64,000 bases of DNA, taken from a virus (Duplodnaviria; Caudoviricetes). The notes beneath the pieces are model-generated. The model was not told the origin of the DNA. It ran no database searches and saw only the letters and a list, made by a program, of their open reading frames with translations. Positions 37,201-48,300 of the stretch are shown in pieces. Where the stretch lies: positions 1 to 64,000 of IMG/VR virus record IMGVR_UViG_3300032092_000009. One strand, written 5' to 3'. The number at the start of each line of letters is the position of its first letter. Positions within the stretch are counted from its first letter, which is position 1. The position numbers and the translations under genes are program-made.

Positions 37201-40200
37201 GACTTGGTGTAGGATATCAATTATACTTTAATAACTCAAACGTAGGAATTTATAGGGACTCGAATACTTTACGACTTGGAGGATTTGGCGGAGTTGAGAT
37301 TCTTTCGTCTGCTACTAACATTTCCTCACAGTCAATACGAATGAAAGTATTTGATACTGGAAACGTTGCGATAGGTACAACTATAGATTCAGGTTATAAA
37401 TTTGATGTTAATGGAAGTGCTAGAGTAAAAGGCAGTAGTTTAACTATATCTGCTTCAGGAGTTTCTTCTCCCCCTCCAGCAAACTATGTAGCTCTTAATT
37501 TTGATGATTCTCCTAATCACCATGAAAACTGGTTTGCTATCAATAGTAAAAAGGATATACCTGGATTTGGTACAAACTATGATAGGATTATTTTCCCTAC
37601 CATGGGTAATGATAGTTCTACTTGGCAATTTAACGCCTTAGGTACTTATAGTAGAATTCAAATTTCAGCAAGAAATAGTACTTCAGGAAACTATCTAGAC
37701 CTAACTAATTCATCAATTTCTTTTTGTGCACCATGGACTGTTGCTAGTATAGATCGTACTAATCGTAAACTTGTTTTTGGTAACATGTCTACTGACGTGC
37801 ACCACTTACCTGTGTATGACCTTGTTATTAAGGGTGCACAGCCTTTTGAGTCAAATTACGGATATTCTAATGGTGGTAACGTAGTTATCTATGGAGGAAC
37901 ACCTTCTACTACACCTGTAGGAAACTATGGTAATGTAATACTTGCTCACGATGGAACAGCTGCAAGAGGATATGTAGGAATAGGTACTACTTCACCTACT
38001 CAACTGTTACACGTAGCAGGAAACTTAAGACTTACAGGAGCTTTCTATGACTCTAATAACTCTGCAGGTACAGCAGGACAGATTCTTAAATCTACAGCAA
38101 CTGGTACAGACTGGGTAAGTCTAAGCGAAATTACAGGAGTAGATGGGACAGGTACAGCCAACTATTTGGCTAAGTGGAGTGATGCAGATACTATTACTAC
38201 GTCTTTAATTTATGATAACGGTACAAATATAACTGTAGGAACCTCTACAGGTACTGTATATCTAAATTCAAATATTGGATCTGGAGCTGCTGTTGATATT
38301 AATGGTCAATACAAATTCTACTATGCACAGTTACAGGGTAATGGTTCTGCCTACTTTACAACTTACGTAACTGTAGGTGCTACTGGCAACTTAGGTGCAA
38401 CTTTAAACGTTAAAGGAGCAGGTGCTACCTCTAGTACTAAATCTCTTTATATTGCTAACAGTGATAACACTAGGACTTTATCTTATACAGACGATGGAAA
38501 GTTAACTTTATCTAATGGAACCTATACTACTAAGTGGTACACAGGAAGTGGTTACAGTCCTACATTAGAGTTCTCTGCACAAGGAAATATTACTTGGGGT
38601 AATGGAGCGATTTTTAAATTTTATGGTACAGGCGATACTACCGAGTATAGACTAGAAAATGGAACTTTTCACACTACTAACTCTCAAGCAAGATTCTATG
38701 CAGGTGGTTCAGGTTATCTTGGATTTGAAACAATAGGAGCTACTACTGCTTATGATGCAATTGGTGCAGTATTTACAGACAATAATACTGTAAGTCTAAG
38801 ATTCTTCTACAAGAACACTGCCTCTGATATAGAGGGAATGAGACTTACTTCTAATGGAAACTTCTTAGTAGGAACTACAACTGACTCTGGATACAAGTTA
38901 GATGTCAATGGTACTGCGAGAATTCAAGGAAACTTGACAGTAAGTTCTGGAAATCAATTGCGTCTAAATGATTCAACAAATGCTAATACTGCTACTATTT
39001 CTTACTCATCAACAGGTCAACAAGGACCTGGGGTAGTAAGTGCATGGGGAGGAAATGGTGTATTTGGTTGGAATAACTCAGTGTTTAACTTACTTCATGC
39101 AGGAACAGGCAATGATGTTATTCTCTTAAACAGAAGTGTACTATCTGCAGGCACTACTTCTGGAAATGCTTTGTGGCTTACAGGATATGGTTCATTTGCT
39201 CCTACTACAGGAACAAACTCCTTCAATGCAGTAAATATAGGCACTACCTATAATGCAACAGGAGGTACAAGTACTATTAGAGGAATCTACTACAATCCTG
39301 TACTAACATCAATGACTGGTGTTACTCATAGAGCTATTGAGACAGTAACAGGTGACGTACTGTTTGCTACTACAAGTGGTAGTGTAGGCATAGGAACAAC
39401 TAGTCCTGCTGGTTCTCTGCATATACAAAAAAATAATAGCAATTTCTCAACAGAAGCTATTAAGATAACAGGTACTCCTTTATCTAATGTTACCGATGGA
39501 ACAAGTGCTACTGAAGGTTATGGACTTTATTTGTCTTATAATGTATCAGGTAATAGACAATTTGTTTTTGCAGACACTGTTTCTGGTGCAGGTGTTAGGT
39601 ATATTGGTAACAATCTTGATGGTTTTAATAAAATTACACAATCAAGAGCTGACATAACTATTGGTACAGAAACTAATGGAGCTCACATTGGTATACCAGT
39701 AAGTAATACTCAATTCTCTGCTTCTAATCTTAGTGGAACTGCATCTAAGATTGTAACAGAAATAAAAGGAGCAGCTTCTCAATCTGGAAATTACTTAAAT
39801 GTTTCTAGCTCAAGTGGAACTGGTGACATTCTCTCAATACTAAGTACAGGAAATGTTGGTATTGGTACAACTAGTCCAGCATACAAATTACATGTTAAAA
39901 GTGACACTGACGTAGTTCAAGTAATAGAAAGTACAACTGATGTAACCTATACACAGTATTATAACTTAAGTTCAGGTACTGGTGGATCAGGAAACGGCTT
40001 AACAATAGGATTAAATACAACAAGTGCTTTAGTTTGGTATAGAGAAGCAGGGGATCTATTATTAGGTACTAACAATACTGAACGTGTACGCATACTTGCA
40101 GGTGGCAATGTAGGTATTGGTGTCACTACTCCACTAGATAGTCTCCAAGTTAAAGACGTTATTTCTATTGGATCAGTAGGAAATGCTGGTATTCTTTATC

Positions 40201-41450
40201 TAAGAAGACCTTCGGATGGAGCTGTATTGGGTAAGTTTTATAACTCAGGAAACTATACAATACTCCAAGAAAGCCAAGGTGCAGGTGGTATACTACAGAC
40301 TGGATATGGAACGACTTCTTTAAAGTGGTCTGGAATTAGTGGAAATCCAAGAGTAGGTATTGGTTTTGATGGAACTTTACTAGCTACTGCACATATTCAA
40401 GGGGCTGGATCAAGTTCTTCTACTACTTCTTTGTTAGTTCAGAATAGTAGTGGAGCATCAATGCTTCAAGTGCGTGATGATAACTTTACAGTAATTGGAC
40501 CTAATGGATTAGCAATAGATAACTTTAACTGTGTTTTATATAGAACAAGTTTTAATAGTCAGTCTATTTCTTTTCACGGCTCTCGTTTAAGTTTTGCGGA
40601 TGCAACAGGATTTGTATTTAGTAACGATTATATTTCAACTCCTGCAGCAAGTGCTATTTTTGATATACAGTCTACTACAAAAGGTTTCTTACAGCCAAGA
40701 CTCACAACTACTCAGAAAAATGCTATCTCTACTCCTGCTACGGGTCTTCAAGTTTACGACTCTACTTTAAATAAAAATGCTTTATATAACGGAAGTGTTT
40801 GGCAAAGTATAGCAACTGAAACTTGGGTTACTTCTCAGGCTTATGTTCCTCAAGCAAGAACGCTTACTATTAATGGAACAACCTATGATCTAAGTGCAAA
40901 CAGAAGTTGGACCATAGCAACTACAACTCCAGGAGGATCTGATACACAATTCCAGTACAATAGTTCTGGAACATTGGCAGGAGCTTCTGCGCTTACTTAC
41001 AACTCTGCCACTAACAGAGTAGGTATTAACCAAGCATCCCCAGGATATGACTTAGACGTAAATGGTCAAGTAAGAGTACAAGATAAACTAAGAGTAGGTA
41101 ATGTTAACTCTGGTAACGGAGTAGTACACATGTCTTCTACTACTACTATTAATCCTAGTGCTACTACTATTGTTTGGTCTCAGAACGTAAGCGTAGGTAT
41201 GTGTGCGTTTATCGAATATTATATTTTGAATAACAACACAACTACAGATCAAAGAGCAGGTACAATCATGGTTACTTGGAATCAGTCAGGAACGCCTACA
41301 ATTGCTCACACTGAAACAACTACACCTGACATAGGGTCAACTACCCCTGTGGTCTTTACAAGTTCTCTAGTGGGCTCAGATGCACGAATTAACGCAGTTA
41401 ATGCTAGTTCTGCTCCTTACACCATAGTAATGAACTACAGATATTTCTAA
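34269..41450 (+). CDS. giant mosaic tail fibre (~2390 aa; probable start MKSLSS)
   Basis: Gly/Thr/Asn-rich; repeated G.V.IGTT.(D)SGYKLDV.G and GNVGIGTTSP units. Confidence 0.85.
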   Translation: MKSLSSKTYQCGVTIQGLTTLAGTTYLTGITNTTSWEHVIVGTTAQGQIYTRTYAQFMTDVATGIGLSGYVPTSRTLSINGTTYDLTANRSWTIDTVAYTSRLQHQVKAGVAINKGQAVYVTSADGTNMIVGLASNASEATSSKTMGLLDATVVINGFANVVTEGLLAGLDTSTAGSEGDPVWLGTGGNLIYGLINKPYAPAHLVFIGIVTRKNINNGEIFVKVQNGFELNEIHDVDLKTTVPVNGHILGFDGTLWVNKTIAGWLGYTPANASGTTNYLSKFTGANTLGNSKIVDNGSNIQFLVNSQNANSKFYMSPVHSDGRINLNAVAGTNDYTILRTWHTGNTVGLGNGSTFGSALSTYYDSVLIGTSGALYFMNGTFGPLNVPYRLGITTSSTITYFSTGVENNTTNLESNAFQFTAKAHTFYTGTTTGNQSSPNQYTPLFLSTAGNVVVGSTTDSGYKLDVAGTGRFTGNLTVSTGGSGTNTFNGNVNYLFANQNNVYGLVDLQNAAGQSVFFKVTGTPTAGTGFDYFWISGTTTSSTVGTVRNIFNVSPTYNLTGAFTGIMRGFYYNPTLTSMTGATHRGVEIASGDFVWGNGYSSIYGDSIEGFVQFQSSGNSTKIWIRPSSNQGGFNGNYWGYLENSGYTTTLKSGGYQDLSLAGESIRFKNQHLVEHARFASSTNNFLIGTATDSGYKLDVNGTARINSSLYVTDPAYTGAGRFYQAANATTIISGGPAGENITFGPSNRVFINAGQSRFPGGSVQIAASLTLGSLNATGTNMLLMQGSVTAGSALGRGIGMETSLIAAANNDVLVGLDVNPTFTNGAFTGVTNYGARITSSIGSDGTNLYSGFVTRIQNTKDYDNVNGVLLLVNQNGGVPGYFIRAVNAQGGGQTRFYVDGTGGLYSIGNGTFGGDVVTTKVRWNTDGDGWIGDGGLDGTFMVVTNGTERYRVTPNGNLLIGTTTDSGYKLDVEGNVRLGVGYQLYFNNSNVGIYRDSNTLRLGGFGGVEILSSATNISSQSIRMKVFDTGNVAIGTTIDSGYKFDVNGSARVKGSSLTISASGVSSPPPANYVALNFDDSPNHHENWFAINSKKDIPGFGTNYDRIIFPTMGNDSSTWQFNALGTYSRIQISARNSTSGNYLDLTNSSISFCAPWTVASIDRTNRKLVFGNMSTDVHHLPVYDLVIKGAQPFESNYGYSNGGNVVIYGGTPSTTPVGNYGNVILAHDGTAARGYVGIGTTSPTQLLHVAGNLRLTGAFYDSNNSAGTAGQILKSTATGTDWVSLSEITGVDGTGTANYLAKWSDADTITTSLIYDNGTNITVGTSTGTVYLNSNIGSGAAVDINGQYKFYYAQLQGNGSAYFTTYVTVGATGNLGATLNVKGAGATSSTKSLYIANSDNTRTLSYTDDGKLTLSNGTYTTKWYTGSGYSPTLEFSAQGNITWGNGAIFKFYGTGDTTEYRLENGTFHTTNSQARFYAGGSGYLGFETIGATTAYDAIGAVFTDNNTVSLRFFYKNTASDIEGMRLTSNGNFLVGTTTDSGYKLDVNGTARIQGNLTVSSGNQLRLNDSTNANTATISYSSTGQQGPGVVSAWGGNGVFGWNNSVFNLLHAGTGNDVILLNRSVLSAGTTSGNALWLTGYGSFAPTTGTNSFNAVNIGTTYNATGGTSTIRGIYYNPVLTSMTGVTHRAIETVTGDVLFATTSGSVGIGTTSPAGSLHIQKNNSNFSTEAIKITGTPLSNVTDGTSATEGYGLYLSYNVSGNRQFVFADTVSGAGVRYIGNNLDGFNKITQSRADITIGTETNGAHIGIPVSNTQFSASNLSGTASKIVTEIKGAASQSGNYLNVSSSSGTGDILSILSTGNVGIGTTSPAYKLHVKSDTDVVQVIESTTDVTYTQYYNLSSGTGGSGNGLTIGLNTTSALVWYREAGDLLLGTNNTERVRILAGGNVGIGVTTPLDSLQVKDVISIGSVGNAGILYLRRPSDGAVLGKFYNSGNYTILQESQGAGGILQTGYGTTSLKWSGISGNPRVGIGFDGTLLATAHIQGAGSSSSTTSLLVQNSSGASMLQVRDDNFTVIGPNGLAIDNFNCVLYRTSFNSQSISFHGSRLSFADATGFVFSNDYISTPAASAIFDIQSTTKGFLQPRLTTTQKNAISTPATGLQVYDSTLNKNALYNGSVWQSIATETWVTSQAYVPQARTLTINGTTYDLSANRSWTIATTTPGGSDTQFQYNSSGTLAGASALTYNSATNRVGINQASPGYDLDVNGQVRVQDKLRVGNVNSGNGVVHMSSTTTINPSATTIVWSQNVSVGMCAFIEYYILNNNTTTDQRAGTIMVTWNQSGTPTIAHTETTTPDIGSTTPVVFTSSLVGSDARINAVNASSAPYTIVMNYRYF

Positions 41451-41493
41451 AATACAGATTATACACATTGTTGGATAGTGAAAACAATAAAAA

Positions 41494-44400
41494 ATGGCAA
41501 ACGAATTTAAAGTCAAAAACGGTCTTATAGTAGTAGGTGACCTAACCACATCGGGAACTATTACTATTAATGGAGCTCTTGCAGCTACACAATCTTGGGT
41601 TTCATCTCAAAGTTATTTAACATCTGCTAACTTAAGCTCATATGCTACTCAGTCTTATGTGACTAGTGCAATAGCTTCTCTAGTAAACTCAGCTCCTGCA
41701 GCGTTAGATACGCTTAATGAACTAGCAGCGGCTTTAGGCAATGATGCTAGTTTCTCGACAACTGTTACAAACAGTATAGCTTCTAAGCTTTCGCTTTCTG
41801 GGGGTACAATGACAGGTCAGATACTATTTCAAACAGCCTCTCTAACTAACGGATTTAGATGGAATGTAAATAGTGATGCTGCAGGTATTACATTTAAAAA
41901 TACGGGAGACGGAGATAACAACTCTTACTTTAACTTCTTTACAGAAGATAACGGTAATGAGTACTTTAAGTTTAGTCATAATACTTGGAACATTGGATCA
42001 TTTGACTTTATGGACGTTAAGAACGGTGTTGTTCGTACTAACGGGGACATCTATGTTAACGCTTCTCAAAGTGGAACAAGGTCTGCAGGTACTAACGAAC
42101 TAATTAACGGAAGTAGAGTTTGGCATTCTGGAGACTTCTCTTCAACTAATATATCAAACTGGAATACTGCCTATTCATGGGGTAATCATGCAGGACTTTA
42201 TGCGGCTTCCAGTCATACACATTCTGCTACAGATATAACTTCAGGTACTATTTCTTCTGCTAGATTGTCTGGATCATATGCCATAGATATCAGTGGTCTT
42301 TCCTCAAGTTCTAATACTTTAACAAGAGAAGATAACAGAACAATCTCACCCAGTGAGTTAGCAGCAGGACAATTAAAGTTTGGATTTACTTCCTGGACAA
42401 ACGACAATGGTGGACCTTATGCAGACTTCTTGCACTTACGTTCATATACAGATGCTTCTGGTGGGGACGATAACTTAGTTATGTTTAAGAAGTCAGGTAT
42501 TGGTATGCGTATCTGGCAACAAACTTGGGGTAGTACTACTCCTTATTCTTCTTATGCAGATGTATGGACTACAGTAAACTTTACCCAAACAAACGTAAAT
42601 AACTGGAATACCTCATATGGTTGGGGGAATCATGCCTCGGCAGGTTATGTTTCTACCTCAGGTTCTTATGCTAACCCATCTTGGATTACTTCTCTAGCTT
42701 ATTCTAAAATAACAGGAGTTCCAGCATTCTTAACTGCTGAGTCCGATACTTTAAACTCAGTTGCAACTAGAGGAAATACTACTGGTAATGCAATTACAGC
42801 AGGTGGGTTAAATTCTACTGCTGATTACTCTTTACAAGTTGATTCTGGATCTACAAACGTAAGAATGGGTAGATTTAAATTTATCCGTTCCACATATAAT
42901 CCTACAGGAGTATCAGCTTCTATTGACTTTTGGAGAGGCGGAAGTGCTTACGAAGGAATGCTTGCTTTTTCTACTAATGGAGGTACAATAGGTGACACTT
43001 CAGTAGAAAGAATGCGTATTACAGACACAGGTAATGTGGGTATCGGTACGTCAAATCCAAGTGTAAAGTTAGATGTTGCAGGAAATGCAAGTTTTGGAGC
43101 AAGTCAACTTTTTAAAATAACAGATAATGGAAGTGGAAATTTTGTCTTAGGAGGTGCTACTGTTAATACATATATTGACGGTGTTACTTTTAGGGTAAGA
43201 AACTCTACTGGGGATGTAACTGTATATGCTGATGGTACTACTAATAGAGTAGGAATTGGAACTACTAGTCCTTCTCAAAAACTAGAAGTTAATGGAAATA
43301 TTGGAGTACCATATACAGGATATTTAATATCTACAACTGATACAGGAAATTCAATACAACTGCATAATGGAAGTGGTGTAATGAATTTTTATACCAATGG
43401 ATCTATTAGATTAAGTGTAGCATATTCTAGTGGTAACGTTGGTATTGGCACAACAAGTCCAACTGCTCCATTAGATACAAATGGTGTTAGATTAGGTAGA
43501 AACTGGGCAATTGCAAATCGTGCCAACATTAGGTTAGACTCTAATGGCCCAGACTATCCAGCTGATATTCTATTTGGACACACTGCAGCGGCTAATCAAA
43601 CTAGTTGGGATGGTGTTTATTGGTCCATTTCCTCTAGAGCCTCAAGCCTTAGCAATGCATTTACTATTTGGAGAGGAGCGGGTAATCCAGGAGGTGGTAG
43701 TGAAGAGATTTTGTTTACTATTTTACCAAATGGTAATGTAGGTATAGGTACTAGCACTCCTCAGGTTAAATTAGATGTTAATGGTGCTTTAGGTATTGTA
43801 GGAAGTAACTTTATATATTTTGGACACACCACAGGAAATATAGGAGCGTGGACTACAAGACAATATTCTAGTGGATCTACTCATAAGTTTAATGCTCAGA
43901 CTTTTGTATTTAATAATGAAGGTTATGGTTCTTATGAACACATGGCATTAACTGCTAATGGATTAAATTTAAGAGCAAAAAATACAATTGATTCAACCGA
44001 TTCTTGGTTAAGACTTAACCAAAGTGGAGATTATGGTTCTGGTGTATACACTCCAGGATTAATGAGAGCTGATGGAGGTTTCTACGTAAGTGGAAGTACA
44101 GTGTGGCATGCAAGTAATGACGGAAGCGGAAGTGGATTAGATGCTGATTTACTTGATGGTAACCATGCTTCCTATTTTATTAATACTTCAAACATTGGGT
44201 CTCAGAGTGTTAGTTATGCTAGTAGTTCAGGTAGTGCAACTAACTCAACTAACACATACAGAGCTTTTATAGAAGATACTCGTGCAGCTGAAAGAACTCC
44301 TAGTGACTACGATGACTATAAAGTAAGTTGGGAATTTACTAACCAGATTCCTGGTTTAAATTATAGTGGTACTTCTTGGTGGTCAGCAATGACTATGCAA

Positions 44401-45354
44401 GGATGGCACAATGGATATTCTGCTTGGCAAATTATAGGGTCAGCCTCTTCTGCAATAGATGATTTCTATTTGCGTGCAGGTAATAATACTACTTGGAATA
44501 CTGCTCGCAGAATTTGGCATAGTGGTGATTTTACTTCAACCAATGTAAGTAATTGGAACACAGCCTTTGGGTGGGGAAATCACGCTTCTGCTGGGTATGC
44601 TACTACATCTTATGTAACAACTCAAATCAACAACTTAATTGCAGGAGCACCAGGAGTACTAGATACACTAGATGAATTGGCTGCTGCATTAGGAGATGAT
44701 TCAAACTTTGCTACTACAGTAACTAATAGTATTGCAGGAAAAGTAAGTAAGAGTGGAGATACCATTACAGGTAACTTAAACGTAGTTGGGAACATTTACT
44801 CTACTACATCTTTAGGTGTAATCTTAAACTCTGCGGATGCTCCTCTTATTACTAGGGGATGGGATTCATTTACTTCTGGAGCCTATAATGGAGTTGGTAG
44901 ATGGGGATTATTTATGGAACCTTCTACCTTAGTACTAGGTACTCCTAACATTGCAGGAAACGGACAAGTTGCTTTTAGGCGATTTAATGCAGATGGTACA
45001 AGTGTCACTACTTTACTGGTAAATAGTGTAGGAACTACAATCTATGGAAATCTAACTGTAGGTGGAACTATTACAGAAAACTCTTCTATTAAATTAAAAG
45101 AAAACGTAGAAACAAGTGAGGGAAATTTGGAAAAGGTAGTAAATTTGAGACCAGTCACTTACAATAAGATAGGATCTGAAACTACAGAACTAGGACTTAT
45201 TGCAGAAGAAGTTGCTCAAGTATATCCAGAGTTTGTACAGTACGATGAGAATGGAGAGCCTATAGGGGTTCACTACTCACGCTTAACGGCTGCCCTTATT
45301 GGTGCAGTTAAACAATTAACAAAACGAATCGAAACATTAGAAAACAATGGCTAA
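41494..45354 (+). CDS. tail fibre with C-terminal intramolecular chaperone (peptidase S74) domain
   Basis: AP..LDTL.ELAAALG repeats; GNVGIGT repeats; SSIKLKEN...LRPVTY...GLIAEEV..VYPEFV...V.Y..L. Confidence 0.88.
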   Translation: MANEFKVKNGLIVVGDLTTSGTITINGALAATQSWVSSQSYLTSANLSSYATQSYVTSAIASLVNSAPAALDTLNELAAALGNDASFSTTVTNSIASKLSLSGGTMTGQILFQTASLTNGFRWNVNSDAAGITFKNTGDGDNNSYFNFFTEDNGNEYFKFSHNTWNIGSFDFMDVKNGVVRTNGDIYVNASQSGTRSAGTNELINGSRVWHSGDFSSTNISNWNTAYSWGNHAGLYAASSHTHSATDITSGTISSARLSGSYAIDISGLSSSSNTLTREDNRTISPSELAAGQLKFGFTSWTNDNGGPYADFLHLRSYTDASGGDDNLVMFKKSGIGMRIWQQTWGSTTPYSSYADVWTTVNFTQTNVNNWNTSYGWGNHASAGYVSTSGSYANPSWITSLAYSKITGVPAFLTAESDTLNSVATRGNTTGNAITAGGLNSTADYSLQVDSGSTNVRMGRFKFIRSTYNPTGVSASIDFWRGGSAYEGMLAFSTNGGTIGDTSVERMRITDTGNVGIGTSNPSVKLDVAGNASFGASQLFKITDNGSGNFVLGGATVNTYIDGVTFRVRNSTGDVTVYADGTTNRVGIGTTSPSQKLEVNGNIGVPYTGYLISTTDTGNSIQLHNGSGVMNFYTNGSIRLSVAYSSGNVGIGTTSPTAPLDTNGVRLGRNWAIANRANIRLDSNGPDYPADILFGHTAAANQTSWDGVYWSISSRASSLSNAFTIWRGAGNPGGGSEEILFTILPNGNVGIGTSTPQVKLDVNGALGIVGSNFIYFGHTTGNIGAWTTRQYSSGSTHKFNAQTFVFNNEGYGSYEHMALTANGLNLRAKNTIDSTDSWLRLNQSGDYGSGVYTPGLMRADGGFYVSGSTVWHASNDGSGSGLDADLLDGNHASYFINTSNIGSQSVSYASSSGSATNSTNTYRAFIEDTRAAERTPSDYDDYKVSWEFTNQIPGLNYSGTSWWSAMTMQGWHNGYSAWQIIGSASSAIDDFYLRAGNNTTWNTARRIWHSGDFTSTNVSNWNTAFGWGNHASAGYATTSYVTTQINNLIAGAPGVLDTLDELAAALGDDSNFATTVTNSIAGKVSKSGDTITGNLNVVGNIYSTTSLGVILNSADAPLITRGWDSFTSGAYNGVGRWGLFMEPSTLVLGTPNIAGNGQVAFRRFNADGTSVTTLLVNSVGTTIYGNLTVGGTITENSSIKLKENVETSEGNLEKVVNLRPVTYNKIGSETTELGLIAEEVAQVYPEFVQYDENGEPIGVHYSRLTAALIGAVKQLTKRIETLENNG

Positions 45355-48300
45355 TTTATTATCCAGTACCACAGTAGGCGGAAGTGCCGTAATCACAACA
45401 AGTAATATTGGGAGTTATGCAATTACCTCATTAAGCGGTTATGCAACCCAATCATGGGTTCAATCTCAGGGATATCTTACTTCTGTACCAGCTCAATCTT
45501 GGGCTAGCATTACAAGTAAACCATTTCTTCTTACACTTAACTATGACCAAGGTTCTCCGTGGGCAGGTAACACAGGAGGAAGTGGAAGGAACTTAGTTGC
45601 TTCTTTTCATGGTGCATCTGGAAACAGTGTTATCACTTTTGGTAGTGGTAACGGAGATCTTAACCTTTCTGTAGACGGTAATGTTTATGTTAACGAAGGT
45701 CAAGATATTCTAGCTTCTAGGACTTGGGTTAGTACTTCTGGAAACGCTGCTACAGCAACTACATTTTCTTCTAATAGAACTAACTATAAAAATAATACAG
45801 ACAATGCAGTAGCAGGTCAGTTAATGTGGAAAGCTTATGGTAATAACCACACTATATTTGATGCTTCTGCAAGTACAGCTCCTGATGGAACATCTGTAAA
45901 TAACACAAACTCAGCAGTAGCATGGACAGGTACCTATCCAACCTTAATGGGTTGGAATGGCAGTACTACTTATGGAGTTCGTGTAGATAGTGCAAGAGTG
46001 GCTGACACCGTAACAACTGCTCCTACTGTATATTGGAATAGTATAGTAGGAAAACCTACTGGAAATACAGGATTAGTTCAGTTTGGAGACTATATCAACC
46101 AACCGACTTTTGCTGGAAAGACTCTTACCATGCATCCTTCCACAATTAAGACCTTATTATGGGGAGGAAATGGAAGTAGGTATACCGTAACAACTTCGAC
46201 TACAGGTACTTATCCTCAAGCAGGAAGTACTTATATAGTTACTTATGAATTAATAGACGGAAGCAATTCTGTTTACTCTTCTGGAAATATCTATTGTGGG
46301 TTCTGGAATAACTGTCCTCCAACAAATATTACAGTAAGAGTACAGAATACTAGTGGAACATGGTATGGTCCATATCAAGGGTCTAATATAGGAGTAGGAT
46401 ATTTTGAGTATTGGAAAATACCTTGTGGAGGTCCTAACTTTATTAAGGCTTGGGAAATTACTTTTACTCCTACTGCTGGATGCAATGTTGCTTTAATGAC
46501 TGTTGATATTGTTATCGACAACAGTGAAGGTATTGACCAAGATCCATTTGTAAGTAGAGGAGGTTCTTCTATGCTTGGAAACTTAACTCTTTCAGGGGGA
46601 GCTACCTTAAACTTAACAGGATCTGCAAACAAAGTAATTGCTATAAATCCAGGTAACGGTTATGATGCTATGATTCGCTATAATGGAGGAAGTGGCACTA
46701 ACTGGTACGTAGGTAAGCGTAATACAAATCAACTTGTAGATAGTGCATCTTTTCATTTTTATTCCGATGCAGCAGGTCAAACTGTAGCAGGTATTGATAC
46801 ATCAGGAAACTCTTTTGCTATAGGTTCATTTAGGGCGCCTGTGTTCTATGATTCAAATGACACTAATTACTACGGTAACTTTAATGGCACTTCAGTAGTA
46901 AATTCTATTCGTTTTGGTACCTCAACAAATAACTCGACTTTTTCTGGAGACGGTGCTTGGGGAATTAAATTGTATAATGATAATGGATATATACAATTTG
47001 GTCCTGCAAATACTAGTCATGCGCATATCTATACAGACAGAGCCAACTTCTATTTTAACAAAGACATTCTAATAAATGGTAACTCAGTAATTACTACATC
47101 AACTATTGGTTCACAAACTGCAGGTTCAGTTACAGGATTGACTTTAACTAGTTCTGCAAATAATCTTAACCCAGATAACGTAACTCAGAATCAAATTGGA
47201 TATAATACATCTGTAAGTCTATTTGGACAAACGGATGGGGGTCTTTATTCTTCTGCATATAGTTCTAGTTGGATTCATCAGATTTATGGTGATTTTAGAA
47301 GTGGACAAATTGCAGTAAGGGGAAAAAATAATGGAACATGGCAATCTTGGAGAACCATCCTAGATAGCGGTAACTACACAAGTTACTCTCCCTCCCTTAC
47401 AGGCAGTGGGGCTAGTGGTACCTGGGGAATCAGCATTACTGGTAACTCTGCTTATGCTACAAATAGCACTAGGTTGTATGCTTCCGACTCTCCATATACT
47501 TATGGTGGAGCAGCACCTTACTATATGTATATGAACTACGATGGAGGTAGTTACTGGGAACTCAAAGTTTCTCCTGCTACTCCAGGTGCTGTAAGAGTTG
47601 CTTACTCAAACAATTCTGGAGCTGTAGGTAATATTGATGTATCTCGAATTGTTTATGGAGATGGAGCAAGAGGTAGATCTACAAGTAAGATAGGCGGAAA
47701 TGCTAATACTTCTGATTCTTCAAATTCTTCTGGATTTTATTTTGGAAACGCTGTTGCAGGTATGCCTAGTACAGACTGGTGGAATTGGTTAACTGTAGCA
47801 GGAAATTCTTGGTCAGGAGGAGACGGTTATGCTTATCAAATGGCTGGTTCTTTCTGGGGTGACGACTTCAGATTAAGACGTATGACTAGTGGGACTTGGA
47901 ATTCTTGGTTAACAATTATTCATTCTGGAAATATAGGTTCTCAATCCGTAAACTATGCAACTACTGCAGGGGCACTTAGTTCGATGAACATTTCCCAGTT
48001 CAGTAATAATTCAGGCTATTTAACAGGAATAACGTCAGGACAAGTAACAGGAGCTTTAGGATATACTCCGTATAACTCTAGTAACCCTAATGGATATATA
48101 ACCTCATCAGGAAGTATTAGTGGTAATGCAGCTACGGCTACAACTGCAAATGCTTTAACCAGTATGAACATTTCTCAGTTTACTAATAACTCTGGATACC
48201 TTACTTCCCTTCCTTCACATAATCATGATGATAGATACTACACAGAATCAGAGATTGATTCTCAGATAAGTGGAAGACTATATCAAGCTTCTGTTAATAC